A stretch of 64,000 bases of DNA from Candidatus Paceibacter sp. (GCA_020725175.1 DYFM01000004.1:20015-84014); one strand, 5' to 3'. Numbered from the stretch's first letter, positions 28,244 through 38,790 are shown. The notes: generated from the letters alone by a model not told the origin. Numbers and translations are program-made.

Positions 28244-28876
28244 TTATTGTTTTCCCTCAATTCCGCCGAGGAGAACTAACGCAATCAAACCAAGACGGCG
28301 ATCGAGATTTTTTCCCGGATCTTGAGAAAAGTCAGCATCGATGGTGATGAGAAAGGGGTTGAAACGGTGTTTGAGTTGGCCAACAACTTGTCCTTGGTGA
28401 GTAACTGTATATGATTGCGGAATAAGGTTTGTGATGAAGCGACGAAGTAGCGCGAGTACCGTGCTATCTTCGATGAATTTCCCAATTTCCTGATCTTGAG
28501 CATCAAGAATGAGCCATTCATCTTTGAAGAGTGCGGCTTGAATACCTTTGCGTCGAAAAGCGCCAATTTTTTCATTTGATTTGCTGTCAAATACATCATA
28601 CACCGCATTGAGGTCAATGATTTGTCGAGCATGAATGCGCAGTAGTTCTTCGGTTTTCGATTTATTATTATATAGACGAATATCTTCACGTAGTTTGAAT
28701 GCTTTCATTTCTCCATAGAGTACCTCGGTATTTGTTTGGTCAAATATACGAAACTCAGCGCCGAAAAGTTTCCAGAATTTACGTTTGAGAGTGAATGTTT
28801 GGGAGTCGAAATTCATAAGTCTAAAGTCTAAAGTAGTTGTATTGAATGGATTTTTTTTAGAGAAAACTTGCAGCAA
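28244..28876 (-). CDS. LURP-one-related (LOR/DUF567, tubby-like) family protein
   Basis: 'KRKFWKLFGAEFRIFDQTNTEVLYGEMKAFKL' matches N-terminal LOR pattern (KxxFWSLGDxFxIxDxxG..KAF); probable start Met at 28816. Confidence 0.5.
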   Translation of the reverse strand: MLQVFSKKNPFNTTTLDFRLMNFDSQTFTLKRKFWKLFGAEFRIFDQTNTEVLYGEMKAFKLREDIRLYNNKSKTEELLRIHARQIIDLNAVYDVFDSKSNEKIGAFRRKGIQAALFKDEWLILDAQDQEIGKFIEDSTVLALLRRFITNLIPQSYTVTHQGQVVGQLKHRFNPFLITIDADFSQDPGKNLDRRLGLIALVLLGGIEGKQ

Positions 28877-29779
28877 TTATACGGTAAACGATGCAGTGCG
28901 GTCAAATCCTGAAAGATCTTTTTTGATGGTGACTGTTGCTTTTGGGAAGTAATTGGTGATGAGTGGTTTAATGAGTTCTGATTGGTCAGGATCGATTTCG
29001 AAGTAGCACATAACACGTATCACATAACACGTATCACCCGATAGCCATTCTTGGAGTTGTTTTAATAACTCTTCATATAAAGCCAGACCCTTGTTCTCAG
29101 CTACTAATGCGGATCTGGGTTCGTGTTGGATGCTTGGTTCAGATTGAAATTGTTCTGCTGTGAGGTAGGGAAGATTGGCGGTGATGAAAAGATGACAAGT
29201 TGGCAAGTTGGCAAGTTGGCAAGTGTTGATGAATGGTGTGAGGAGATTGCCGTGGAGGAAGGTGATTGGTGTGTTATGTTTAGCAGCGTTTTTTTGAGCA
29301 ACTTTAAGAGCTGGTTTGGAAATATCGGTGGCGTAGGTTGGAACTGTTACATTGTTATATTGCTGTATTGTTTTTTGGATTGATATGGGAATGCAACCGG
29401 AGCCGGTGCCGATGTCGATAAGGGTGATTCTATTCAACACCTCACCCCTGCCCTCTCCTAAAAGGAGAGGGGGTTGTTTGATTTGTTTGATTACTTCTTC
29501 TACTAGAATTTCTGTATCAGGTCGCGGAATAAGTGTGTGTTTATTGACCAAGAAATCAAGGCCAAAGAATTCTTTATGGCCGGTGAGGTAGGCGAGGGGA
29601 ATGCCTCGTTTTCGTTTTTTGGTAAGATAGCTAAAGTGAAGTGAGGTAAAAACCGAAACAGATTCTTTTTCGTGGATCAAAAGATACTCGCGGGGTTTTT
29701 TTAGTACATGCGCGAGGAGAAGTTCGGCATCAAGTCGGTCGATGTTGTTGGTTTGTTTGAGGAGGGTTTTGATAGTCAT
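28877..29779 (-). CDS. prmC: release-factor glutamine N5-methyltransferase PrmC/HemK, with three repeat-derived in-frame insertions and an NLPY variant of the NPPY motif
   Basis: 'LIDIGTGSGCIPISI' SAM motif I, 'ITANLPYL' (NPPY position), C-terminal 'EPRSALVAENKGLALYEEL'; insertions from repeats at 29436-29480, 29196-29226, 29011-29040. Confidence 0.7.
   Translation of the reverse strand: MTIKTLLKQTNNIDRLDAELLLAHVLKKPREYLLIHEKESVSVFTSLHFSYLTKKRKRGIPLAYLTGHKEFFGLDFLVNKHTLIPRPDTEILVEEVIKQIKQPPLLLGEGRGEVLNRITLIDIGTGSGCIPISIQKTIQQYNNVTVPTYATDISKPALKVAQKNAAKHNTPITFLHGNLLTPFINTCQLANLPTCHLFITANLPYLTAEQFQSEPSIQHEPRSALVAENKGLALYEELLKQLQEWLSGDTCYVIRVMCYFEIDPDQSELIKPLITNYFPKATVTIKKDLSGFDRTASFTV
29011..29040. 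repeat. tandem 15-mer (cacataacacgtat)x2 inside prmC
   Basis: 'gcacataacacgtatcacataacacgtatcaccc' translated in-frame as 'CYVIRVMCY'. Confidence 0.6.
29436..29480. repeat. Family A half-element (single hairpin) inside prmC
   Basis: 'acacctcacccctgccctctcctaaaaggagagggggttgtttgatttgtttg'; translated in-frame as 'PLLLGEGRGEV'. Confidence 0.65.
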
Positions 29780-29919
29780 GGGAGAAGGGAAGTGTAGTTG
29801 ATATGAGAAACAAGCTTAGGTTACGCTGTTGTGATGCAATGCTCTCTGAACAGCATACTTGACAAAATGTAAAAAGTATTTTACTCTAAAATGAGAATTA
29901 AGTAAAACTTGTTTTACAT

Positions 29920-30123
29920 ATGCCGATAATCATCAGTAATCTGAAAGAATTGCGAACGGCGAAAAAAATGACGCAAGAAGAGTTGGCGAAGATATTGGGG
30001 GTAACACGACAAACGATAAATGCTATAGAACAGGGAAAATATCAGCCCACGTTGTTTCTGGCGTATAAATGCGCCGAGTTGTTTCATGTCAAAATTGAAG
30101 ATATTTTTCGTTTTATTCCATAA
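29920..30123 (+). CDS. XRE-family helix-turn-helix transcriptional regulator
   Basis: 67 aa; 'LRTAKKMTQEELAKILGVTRQTINAIEQGKYQPTL' Cro/C1-type HTH. Confidence 0.8.
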   Translation: MPIIISNLKELRTAKKMTQEELAKILGVTRQTINAIEQGKYQPTLFLAYKCAELFHVKIEDIFRFIP

Positions 30124-30132
30124 TACATACGT

Positions 30133-31056
30133 ATGAATAATCTTTTTTGGTTTTTACATAAGCCGGTGGATGAACGGGAGAGGTTGTTATATCTCAGAGC
30201 TTATCAGAGAGTGTTGGGCTTTTGGTCATTGTTGTTATTGGTGGGCTTTGTTCTTTTTTCTGTTCCGGTATTTGGGAAAGAACTTACGCTACGGCCAAAA
30301 ATGATCGCGCTCGGTATTGAATTGTTGCTATATATTTCAGTTATCGTGGGTTGGACGGCACTACGGAAAGACGAGTTAGAAATTCAGACAGCTCCCGAGA
30401 AAGAAGTTCGACCAAAGATTTCTACTCTAGTTGCCACATATCTTCTGATCTTAGTAAATACTGTTCTTGTTCTTCGGCTTTTTCCGCAGTACTATCTCTT
30501 CATTCTTTTTATCGCAGTGTTTGGTGGGTGGGCGATATATATCTTGTATGCGTGGCGAGCGTCTCGACACATGTTACTGCCGATTCGAATACTTCTTTGT
30601 TGTACTGTGCCAATAATCGTACTGGTGTATGTTCACATGTCTCACCGAACTTCGGTCGTAGTTCGTGTTATTAAAAGTTTATTGGTGAGTTGGGTGCTAC
30701 TATTTGTTATTGCAATTTCATCTGCGGTTGGTATCACTCTGGGAGGAACCAGTTCCTATTATATTCAAACCGATCACTTCGCGCCAGATGTTCCCAAGCA
30801 AAGTCGCGTATTTGCTACGAGATCGTTTCAAGAGCTTGTTCCGGGTGATTACGTCATATACCTGCATTATCAAGACGAATCTGGACGACCAACACTAGGA
30901 AAAGTATTATCTCAAGAAGGTGAGGAGATAACTATTGAGCATTCAACCGGTGAAGAAACAGTTTCAGTGGAGCGCATAATAGCAAAAGTGATTGAGTTGA
31001 AAGGATTGCGTTGGGAAAAAATGGAGCGGTTTCTTACGAGTGTGTGGACGGAATAA
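30133..31056 (+). CDS. hypothetical polytopic membrane protein with soluble C-terminal beta-rich domain
   Basis: 307 aa; 6 TM helices then 'GDYVIYLHYQDESGRPTLGKVL..' domain; 9 nt downstream of XRE gene (likely co-transcribed). Confidence 0.5.
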   Translation: MNNLFWFLHKPVDERERLLYLRAYQRVLGFWSLLLLVGFVLFSVPVFGKELTLRPKMIALGIELLLYISVIVGWTALRKDELEIQTAPEKEVRPKISTLVATYLLILVNTVLVLRLFPQYYLFILFIAVFGGWAIYILYAWRASRHMLLPIRILLCCTVPIIVLVYVHMSHRTSVVVRVIKSLLVSWVLLFVIAISSAVGITLGGTSSYYIQTDHFAPDVPKQSRVFATRSFQELVPGDYVIYLHYQDESGRPTLGKVLSQEGEEITIEHSTGEETVSVERIIAKVIELKGLRWEKMERFLTSVWTE

Positions 31057-31079
31057 AAGCTTGATGAATTATTATACTT

Positions 31080-31559
31080 CTACTTTTTTGAAAGTAGTGG
31101 ACACAATTTATGAATTACATCATCAGTTTTCAGATTGGTGGTGTCAAACAGATTTGTTGTTTTTACCCTCATTACCATATCATAGACATACCTGGTAGCA
31201 TCTTCGCCATATGACTTTTTTCGTTCAGCGTCTCTCTGTATACAGCTTTCAATATCACAGGTAAGGGTAATGATTATGTGGTCATTTGGAAACTGGCGTA
31301 TTAAATCATCTAATTGTTTTTGGTAGTAAAAGTTGCCGTCAACGATTGTGGGTGTATTATGTTGGCGAATCTGATTTACAATGACTTTATTTGCTTTGAG
31401 AAAGTGTTCTACGGGGATTCCATTTGTTGTATCTAGATGAAGTTGATCCAGGACCTCATCAACCGAAATGTATTCGACAGAATGTATTTCAGCGAGACGT
31501 TTGGCAATGGTTGTTTTTCCGACACCAAGTGGACCGCGGATGATGGTAAGAGTGTTCAT
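31080..31559 (-). CDS. P-loop NTPase / AAA_33-type small kinase
   Basis: 159 aa; Walker A 'GPLGVGKTTIAKRL'. Confidence 0.6.
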   Translation of the reverse strand: MNTLTIIRGPLGVGKTTIAKRLAEIHSVEYISVDEVLDQLHLDTTNGIPVEHFLKANKVIVNQIRQHNTPTIVDGNFYYQKQLDDLIRQFPNDHIIITLTCDIESCIQRDAERKKSYGEDATRYVYDMVMRVKTTNLFDTTNLKTDDVIHKLCPLLSKK

Positions 31560-31661
31560 GGTGAGTGGTTTTCAGGCCTAAAGGCCTGAGTTACAGGGTG
31601 ATTATTCTTGTACCTTTACCAATTTTGTTACAGATTCATGGCATTTGTTCTTCGGTGCAAC

Positions 31662-31712
31662 CTATCCCCCCGTCCCCCTTTCCTTAAAAAGGAAAGGGGG
31701 AGGTTGGTATTT
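31662..31712. repeat. Family A half-element (single hairpin) in IGR
   Basis: 'cccccgtccccctttccttaaaaaggaaagggggaggttggtatttgatttttgattt'. Confidence 0.6.
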
Positions 31713-31725
31713 GATTTTTGATTTA

Positions 31726-32787
31726 TTATTTTTCACCTTCCATCTTTTCATAATCTGCTGCCCGTAGTTTTTCAATGACGTCAAATAAATCTCCATTCAA
31801 AATATTCTCAATGGTATTCCAGCTTTCGTGAATTCGGTGATCAGTAATACGATCTTGGGGAAAGTTGTAGGTACGGATTTTTTCACTGCGATCACCGGTT
31901 CCAATCTGACTCTTTCGTTTGGCGTCGAGGGCGGATTGTTGTTTTTCCTGGTTAGCTTCAAAAAGACGAGCGCGCAGAACGTTCATCGCTTTAATTTTGT
32001 TTTGTAATTGACTGCGCTCATCCTGACACTGAGCTACTACGCCGGTAGGAATATGGGTAATTCGTACGGCACTTTTTGTTGTGTTTACACTTTGACCGCC
32101 TTTTCCTCCGGCACAAAAGGTATCAATCCTGAGATCGTTGGGATTAATGTCAAGTTCCGTTTCTTCAATTTCCGGCAGGACGGCGACACTAGCGGTGGAA
32201 GTGTGAATGCGTCCGGCTTTTTCGGTTTCCGGTACACGCTGCACTCGATGAACTCCCATTTCATACTTCATGTCTTTGTATACGTTACTGCCTTTGATAG
32301 CAAATATCACTTCTTTGTACCCACCAATACCAATTTGATGTTCATCGATGAGTTCGGTTTTCCATCCTTTTTTATCAGCATACTTCATGTACATTCGCAT
32401 GAGGTCGCCGGCAAAGAGGGCTGCTTCATCACCACCGGCTCCGGCCCGGATTTCCACAATGACATCTTTTTTATCATGTGGATCGGTCGGCATGGTGTCA
32501 AACTTGAGTTCGGTTTCGAGTGCTTCTTTTTTTTGGCCCAGCTCTTCAATGTCAGATTCAATCATCTGTTTCATGTCAGTCTCTTGTTCGGTTTCTAAGA
32601 GCTGTCTATTTTCCTCAAGTTGTTTTTCAGTTGTTTCGAGTGAAACAATTTTTTCGTACACCGGTTTGAGTTCAGAAAATTCTTGCGAGACGGTTTTTAG
32701 TTTATTCTGATCAGCAATAACTTGAGGGTCTTGGAGATCCTGTTCGAGTTTGAGGAATTTCGTTTTGAGGTCGAGGTATTTTTGTAA
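31726..32787 (-). CDS. prfA: peptide chain release factor 1
   Basis: '[20 protein letters not shown]' GGQ motif, '[14 protein letters not shown]' PxT-type codon-recognition tripeptide (PET), start set at '[11 protein letters not shown]' (track start 32835 lies in Family B repeat). Confidence 0.9.
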   Translation of the reverse strand, partial: LQKYLDLKTKFLKLEQDLQDPQVIADQNKLKTVSQEFSELKPVYEKIVSLETTEKQLEENRQLLETEQETDMKQMIESDIEELGQKKEALETELKFDTMPTDPHDKKDVIVEIRAGAGGDEAALFAGDLMRMYMKYADKKGWKTELIDEHQIGIGGYKEVIFAIKGSNVYKDMKYEMGVHRVQRVPETEKAGRIHTSTASVAVLPEIEETELDINPNDLRIDTFCAGGKGGQSVNTTKSAVRITHIPTGVVAQCQDERSQLQNKIKAMNVLRARLFEANQEKQQSALDAKRKSQIGTGDRSEKIRTYNFPQDRITDHRIHESWNTIENILNGDLFDVIEKLRAADYEKMEGEK

Positions 32788-32814
32788 CATACAAATAGAT
32801 ACTTTACAGATTGC

Positions 32815-32868
32815 TCTACCCCCACCTCCACTCAAGGTAGGTAAACAAGGTGGATAGGTGATAATACA
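32815..32868. repeat. Family B gene-upstream repeat (short copy) in prfA 5' region
   Basis: 'ctacccccacctccactcaaggtaggtaaacaaggtggataggtgataa'. Confidence 0.5.
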
Positions 32869-33067
32869 AAGGTAGAGATGATTGATCGAAATAACGAAAT
32901 AAAGAAATAGCGAAATTTTGCAATAAAGAATGGTGTACGATTTATTTCTTCATTTCTTTGTTTCGTTATTTCGAAAAACAAATATCCGTAACTTCGTATT
33001 ATCCGTAATCCGTAAGGCTAATAAAAAGCAGACCAGAAAACCGGCCTGCTTGTGAAGATGTACATCG

Positions 33068-33352
33068 CTATTTTGTTTCGTCTGCTTTGGCTTTTTTGTT
33101 GGCAGCTTTCGCGGCTCGTTTATCTTTTTTGCTTCGTACAGCTGTTTTAGCTTGGGCTTTGGCAAGTTTTTCTTCAAATTTTTCTACTCGGCGCGCAGTG
33201 TCAACAAACTTTTGTTTTCCGGTGTAAAACGGATGGCACTGATTGCAAAGCTCAACACGCAGTTCGTCTTTTGTTGAACCGGTTTCAAATGAGTTCCCGC
33301 AGGCGCAGGTAACCGTAATCTGATGATAGGTCGGATGGATTTGTTGCTTCAT
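33068..33352 (-). CDS. rpmE: 50S ribosomal protein L31 with Lys/Ala-rich C-terminal tail
   Basis: '[40 protein letters not shown]' with CxxC...CxxC zinc ribbon; terminator hairpin at 33022-33060. Confidence 0.85.
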   Translation of the reverse strand: MKQQIHPTYHQITVTCACGNSFETGSTKDELRVELCNQCHPFYTGKQKFVDTARRVEKFEEKLAKAQAKTAVRSKKDKRAAKAANKKAKADETK

Positions 33353-33509
33353 AAAAGTGAGTAACGCTTGTAAAACGTGATGAGTATAGCATGGGTCGGA
33401 AGTTTTGTCAATGGCCATTGTTTGGAACGTTTGGAGCACTGTCTAGTGGATAGTTTTCCATGATTAATTTGATAAATATCAGTTATTCTAGCAAAAATTA
33501 TCCACCATA

Positions 33510-33539
33510 TTGACTTTTGTTGATTTTTCATGGTATACT
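33510..33539 (+). promoter_or_regulatory. sigma70-like promoter for secG (TTGACT-18 nt-TATACT)
   Basis: -35 TTGACT 33510-33515, -10 TATACT 33534-33539, 43 nt upstream of start codon. Confidence 0.5.
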
Positions 33540-33582
33540 GCTAGCGTTTTATTTTCAAGGACAGCCTTGTATTGACTCTTGT

Positions 33583-33801
33583 ATGATTTACGCATTGACT
33601 ATCGTTCAGGTAATTATCGCCGTACTTTTAACGATTGCTATTTTGTTGCAACAAAAGAGTGGAGGGCTCGGAGCGGCATTTGGTGGCTCTACTACGGTAT
33701 ATACTACCAAACGGGGAGCTGATCTTATCTTATTTAAGGCAACAATCGTGTTGTCTGTCCTCTTTTTTGGCTTGGCCTTGGTCAATGTTATTTTGGCGTA
33801 A
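33583..33801 (+). CDS. secG: preprotein translocase subunit SecG
   Basis: 72 aa from Met 33583; 'LLTIAILLQQKSGGLGAAFGG' SecG signature, two TM helices. Confidence 0.8.
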   Translation: MIYALTIVQVIIAVLLTIAILLQQKSGGLGAAFGGSTTVYTTKRGADLILFKATIVLSVLFFGLALVNVILA

Positions 33802-33944
33802 TTGACCACATCCACCTTCATCACGGACGAGAAAATATTTCTCATATATAATTAAAGAATACCCAACCTATTTGTATACCCAATAGTAGTTGGTGTATAT
33901 CCGTGATTTTGCGTCTATTATCGATAGGGTAACTATACTCTCTT

Positions 33945-35990
33945 GTGCGTTTCTCATCTTTTTTGGGGTGGTTTCGACGGCTCATAACACGCCGTCGGCC
34001 ATCTCCGCTTATCTCTCATACCAAAGACCTCCATCTCGTGCGTCGTTTGCGTGGTCGAACCATGCCTACCTGGACTCAGTGGTTGCATGTTGGGCTCATT
34101 CTTTCACGGACAGAACGATTGTTTTTTCGTATTGGTGTAGGAATGTTTGCTATGGGTATTGTGTGGCTCGGTATTGTTGGGGTGGGATATGCCATGGAAC
34201 GCGCCCCGCAAGTCGGCGGAGAATATATTGAAGCAATTGTTGGTTCGCCGGAATTTATCAATCCGCTTTTTGCGCCGGCCAATGATGTGGATCGTGATAT
34301 CAGTAGCCTCGTGTTTTCCGGGCTGATGCAATATGATAAGGATCAGCGATTGATTCCGGATTTAGCAGTGAATTATTCCGTAAGCGATGACAAAAAAATG
34401 TATACATTTACGTTGAGAGAAGATGTGGTTTGGCATGATCAAGAACCCTTTACCGCCGAGGATGTGGTCTATACGATCGAAACGATTCAGAATCCAAATG
34501 TCAATAGTCCACTTAGGGCAAGTTTTGAAGGAATTACTGTTGAGGCATTGGATGATCACACGGTACAGTTTACGTTACCAGAAGTCTTTGCACCGTTTTT
34601 ATCCAGCCTTACTGTTGGTATGTTACCTGAACATGTGTGGTCTGAGGTTACTCCGGAAAATATTCGTCTTCGCAAGGAAAATCTCCAACCTATCGGTACG
34701 GGACCATATGCTTTTGATACCTTTATCAAGGACGAAAGTGGTTTTATTGTAAAATACTCCCTCAAGCGGTTTGAACGGTACTATCAACAGGTACCATATA
34801 TCCAGACATTCTCGTTTCGTTTTTATGCTGAATATGATAATCGAACCGGTGCAATCGTGGCTCTAAAAGAAGGAAAAGCCGATGGAATTCACTTTGTTCC
34901 ATATGAGTTTCGCTCAGCGGTAGAACGAAAACATATCGCACTGCATACGCTTCAGTTGCCTCAATACACCGCGCTATTTTTGAACCAAGGATCACAAACG
35001 TTGTTGGGGCAAGTTTCAGTGCGTCAGGCATTGACTCAGGCAGTAGACAAAGAACGATTGGTAAAAGAAGTATTAAAAGGAGAGGGGCAAATTATTGATG
35101 GACCGGTTTTGCCAGGATACCCCGGGTATTCAAGTGAAATTGGTGTATCAACTTATTCAGTAGAGGAAGCGAATACACTGCTTGATAAAGATTGGGAGCG
35201 CATGAGCTCCGAAACATTTCGAGCAGAACGGCGCGCGGAGCTTATGAAAAATTGGGAAACGCAAATTGAAGCTGCGAAAGAGCAAGCTATCGCTGAAGCC
35301 GCCGCCGCTGATGCCGAAGAAAGCACAACGAGTACCCCAGCTACTACTGCTCCTGTTTCCATACCTGATTTTGATGAAGCGGCACTGAGATTTGAAGCTG
35401 AAAGACAAGTTGATGAGCAGCTGAGTCAGGAATTGCATGCCGCGCAAACGTTTTACCGAAAAAATAAAGAAGGCAAAATATTGGAACTAACTATTACTAC
35501 TGTAGGTACATTGCAATACAAAAAGGCCGCGGAACTCGTAGCCGGTTTTTGGCAGGATATAGGAGTAAAAGTCAATCTACGATTTTTAACTCCAAAAGAA
35601 ATTGATCGAGAAGTTTTGAAACAGCGAGCGTATGATGTGCTATTGTACGGTGCGATTATTGGTGGAGATCCAGATCAATATCCCTTGTGGCACTCAAGTC
35701 AAGCCAACTATCCGGGGTTGAATTTGGCCGGATACAAAAATAGAAATGTTGACGCGCTCCTTGAAAAAGCCCGAGAGGTGACCGATGAACAAGAGTTGTC
35801 AAATATATATAAAGAGTTTCAGGAATATGTAGCCAAAGATCGTCCGGCAATTTTTCTTTACATGCCAACCTATACGTATGCAATGGGGGATGATGTATAT
35901 GGATTTGATGTTGATAGAATTTTTACTCCATCGGATCGGTTTGCCAATGTGTCTGAATGGTATGTTAAGACCAGAATAAAGTGGAGATAA
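33945..35990 (+). CDS. ABC transporter substrate-binding protein, family 5 (oligopeptide/nickel-type), orphan, with inserted Ala/Glu-rich segment
   Basis: 681 aa; SBP_bac_5-like core; low-complexity insert 'EAAKEQAIAEAAAADAEESTTSTPATTAP'; no partner permease genes in window. Confidence 0.7.
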   Translation: MRFSSFLGWFRRLITRRRPSPLISHTKDLHLVRRLRGRTMPTWTQWLHVGLILSRTERLFFRIGVGMFAMGIVWLGIVGVGYAMERAPQVGGEYIEAIVGSPEFINPLFAPANDVDRDISSLVFSGLMQYDKDQRLIPDLAVNYSVSDDKKMYTFTLREDVVWHDQEPFTAEDVVYTIETIQNPNVNSPLRASFEGITVEALDDHTVQFTLPEVFAPFLSSLTVGMLPEHVWSEVTPENIRLRKENLQPIGTGPYAFDTFIKDESGFIVKYSLKRFERYYQQVPYIQTFSFRFYAEYDNRTGAIVALKEGKADGIHFVPYEFRSAVERKHIALHTLQLPQYTALFLNQGSQTLLGQVSVRQALTQAVDKERLVKEVLKGEGQIIDGPVLPGYPGYSSEIGVSTYSVEEANTLLDKDWERMSSETFRAERRAELMKNWETQIEAAKEQAIAEAAAADAEESTTSTPATTAPVSIPDFDEAALRFEAERQVDEQLSQELHAAQTFYRKNKEGKILELTITTVGTLQYKKAAELVAGFWQDIGVKVNLRFLTPKEIDREVLKQRAYDVLLYGAIIGGDPDQYPLWHSSQANYPGLNLAGYKNRNVDALLEKAREVTDEQELSNIYKEFQEYVAKDRPAIFLYMPTYTYAMGDDVYGFDVDRIFTPSDRFANVSEWYVKTRIKWR

Positions 35991-36014
35991 AAAAAGCATT
36001 CCCTAAAGGTGAGG

Positions 36015-36096
36015 GCCGATGTGGTGAAACTGGTAGACACGCACGCTTCAGGTGCGTGTGTCGCGAGACATGTGGGTTCGAGTCCCACCATCGGCA
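36015..36096 (+). tRNA. tRNA-Leu (anticodon CAG), type II, CCA not encoded
   Basis: GCCGATGTGGTGAAACTGGTAGACACGCACGCTTCAGGTGCGTGTGTCGCGAGACATGTGGGTTCGAGTCCCACCATCGGCA; 7-bp acceptor, anticodon loop UUCAGGU, long variable arm. Confidence 0.85.
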
Positions 36097-36388
36097 CTGA
36101 TCTTTGGGGGAGAAATCTCTCTGTTCAGAATATCTCATTTGCCAGAGTCATTTCTATTGGTTACGATAGAAAGAGATGGTATGAGGTGTATTGAGGAGAT
36201 AGTTGTCTCAGACCAACCGTTTTGGGGTGGTAACGCGTTTCTTCTTCTTTGCGTTCCTACTTTTGTCAATTCAGTGTGTTGGTATGACTCACAATTATGG
36301 CGGATGTACCTGAACCATCTTCAGTGTAGCCGCGTTGCTTGTGTTCTCTTCGAGCAGCACTTTTTATATCTTAAAGAGATAAAAATGT

Positions 36389-38314
36389 ATGATGGTAACA
36401 GCAGCACGGACCTATGGTGTCCGTCGAAACAGTGGTCGAAACGGCATGTCATCACGTCAACCGTTTGGCGCAAACAAACCTCGTCGTGATCGACAAGGGA
36501 CAGACCAACCGGAACGGCAACATGGATCGCAACAGGGACAACGCCCACAACGGTCGTATCAAGGACAAAATGGATTTTCTCATAGTGGTCAAAGATCTCG
36601 AGGGAGAAAACGCTTTCACCAAGCTTCGAGTACAACAGGAGCTCAGGAAGCGGATGTACTTCGAATTATTCCAATTGGCGGGTGTGAAGAGGTAGGAAGA
36701 AACATGACCGTGTTTGAGTACGGAAACGATATCATTATTTTGGATATTGGCGTTCAGTTTCCCGAAGAAGATATGCCGGGTATTGATTATATTATTCCCA
36801 ATACAAAATATCTGGAAGGAAAAGAAGATCGGATTCGGGGAGCAATTTTTTCTCATGGACATCTTGACCATATTGGAGGTGCGCCGATTGTTCTCGAAAA
36901 ACTGGGTAATCCGCCGATTGTAGCTCGTCCATTGACTTTGGCACTTATTAAGCATCGGCAAGAAGATTACAAAAAAGGTACGGCGAGTAAATTGAAAATT
37001 ATCAACGTGAAAAACCTAAACGACGTGGTACAACTTGGAGCCTTTAAAGTCCGGTTTTTCCAAGTAGAGCATTCCATAATGGACTCAATGGGAGTCATTC
37101 TTGAAACTCCAAACGGAACAATTATTCATCCGGGAGATTGGACGATGGAGCGTGATGAGCAGGGGGTAACGCACTTAAACTATCACCATTTATCCCAATT
37201 GCCACGCCCAACTTTTTTGCTCTTGGAAAGCTTGGGGGCGACCAATAGTAAACGTCATGGTACTTATCAAGAGATGTATAATAATCTTCAAACAATTCTC
37301 TCTCAGGCACCAGGGAGAGTGGTGCTCGCTACATTTAGTTCTCAGGTGGAACGGGTAAAGTGGATTTTACAGGCCTCAAGTTCACTCGGAAAAAAAGTGG
37401 CGCTTGATGGATACAGTATGAAGATGAATATTGAGATTTCGAAGGAACTCGGTTATATTGATATTCCCAAGGGGGTACTTATTGATATTAAAGAGATCGA
37501 TCGTTACCCAGACAATAAAGTAGTGGTAGTCTGTACTGGGGCACAGGGAGAAGATAGAGCGGTACTCAATCGAATTACTGTTGGAGATCACCGATTTGTT
37601 AAGTTACGAAAAAATGACACGGTTATTTTTTCTTCTTCTATTATCCCAGGAAATGAACGGAGTATTCAAAGACTGAAAGATAATATTTATCGCCAATGTG
37701 ACAATGTGGTTCATGGAGATCTTATGGATGTCCATGTGAGTGGTCATGGTACCCGGCAAGACATTCTCGATATGCTTGATCAGGTGCGGCCGGATTATTT
37801 TGTGCCGGTATATGCCAATCACTATTTTCTCAAAGAAGCAAAAAATTTGGCGGTACAGCACGGATTCCAACCGGACCGCGTGTTTGTTCCGGACAATGGC
37901 TCAGTCATTGAAGTGCGAAAAGACGGGGTAAAAATGCTTGAGAAAAAAGTACCGTCTGATTACGTGTTTGTTGATGGGCTTGGGGTGAGTGATTCACAAC
38001 ATATTGTCCTTCGTGATAGACAAGTCTTGGCGGAAGATGGTATGGTAGTAGTAATCGCAACTGTGCATTCTAAGACCGGAAAGCTGGCGCAAAATCCGGA
38101 TATTATCTCCCGCGGATTTGTGTTCTTGAAAGATAATAAAGAAATTATCGAAGGAATTCGTAACAAAGTAAAGAAACTGGTGATTGAATCAGACCCGTTG
38201 ACCTGGACGGATACGAACCAGATTAAAAACGAAATTCGAGACAAGATTGGACAGTTTGTGCTCAGTAAAACAGATAAACGACCGATGGTATTGCCGGTAG
38301 TGATTGAAGTGTAA
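36389..38314 (+). CDS. rnj: ribonuclease J (metallo-beta-lactamase/beta-CASP) with Arg/Gln-rich N-terminal extension
   Basis: 'HGHLDHIGG' MBL motif, beta-CASP region, C-terminal domain; N-terminal about 90 aa low-complexity R/Q/G-rich. Confidence 0.85.
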   Translation: MMVTAARTYGVRRNSGRNGMSSRQPFGANKPRRDRQGTDQPERQHGSQQGQRPQRSYQGQNGFSHSGQRSRGRKRFHQASSTTGAQEADVLRIIPIGGCEEVGRNMTVFEYGNDIIILDIGVQFPEEDMPGIDYIIPNTKYLEGKEDRIRGAIFSHGHLDHIGGAPIVLEKLGNPPIVARPLTLALIKHRQEDYKKGTASKLKIINVKNLNDVVQLGAFKVRFFQVEHSIMDSMGVILETPNGTIIHPGDWTMERDEQGVTHLNYHHLSQLPRPTFLLLESLGATNSKRHGTYQEMYNNLQTILSQAPGRVVLATFSSQVERVKWILQASSSLGKKVALDGYSMKMNIEISKELGYIDIPKGVLIDIKEIDRYPDNKVVVVCTGAQGEDRAVLNRITVGDHRFVKLRKNDTVIFSSSIIPGNERSIQRLKDNIYRQCDNVVHGDLMDVHVSGHGTRQDILDMLDQVRPDYFVPVYANHYFLKEAKNLAVQHGFQPDRVFVPDNGSVIEVRKDGVKMLEKKVPSDYVFVDGLGVSDSQHIVLRDRQVLAEDGMVVVIATVHSKTGKLAQNPDIISRGFVFLKDNKEIIEGIRNKVKKLVIESDPLTWTDTNQIKNEIRDKIGQFVLSKTDKRPMVLPVVIEV

Positions 38315-38439
38315 TTTGGAAAGCAGAATAGGTTTGTCGGCAGGGTAAGTAGATTAGGTTCGATATCTATCAGCTACTTCAAAACTTACTTTGCTTACTC
38401 TGCTTACTCTGCATAATCTACTTGCTAACTATAAATTCT

Positions 38440-38658
38440 ATGAAAAAACTCTATCGATCAAAAAAAGAAAAAATCATTGCCGGAGTTTTGGGTGGTATTG
38501 CTGAGTATCTGAACACTGATCCCACGATTGTGCGGTTGGTGTTTGTGATTCTCTTGATAGCTACCGGACTATTTCCATTTGGGATCGCGTATCTTATTGC
38601 CGCGATTGTGATACCGTATCGCAATGAAAAAGATGAAGGGGTGGTATCGGAGCAGTAG
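38440..38658 (+). CDS. PspC-domain membrane protein
   Basis: 'MKKLYRSKKEKIIAGVLGGIAEYLNTDPTIVRLVFVIL' canonical PspC N-domain, one TM helix. Confidence 0.75.
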   Translation: MKKLYRSKKEKIIAGVLGGIAEYLNTDPTIVRLVFVILLIATGLFPFGIAYLIAAIVIPYRNEKDEGVVSEQ

Positions 38659-38790
38659 GGCATTGAAAGTATTGATTCCGCAGATTAAAATGGATTACTC
38701 GGAATGATTTGATTTGCATTGATTACACAGAATTAAAAGGATTACACTGATTTTTTGTTGAACAATTATTTGAGCTTTTTTTCTATCCAC

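Noticed and set aside
36052-36489. 145-aa ORF overlapping tRNA-Leu and the RNase J 5' region
   Set aside because: It spans the tRNA gene and has poor coding statistics. The RNase J frame begins at 36389.
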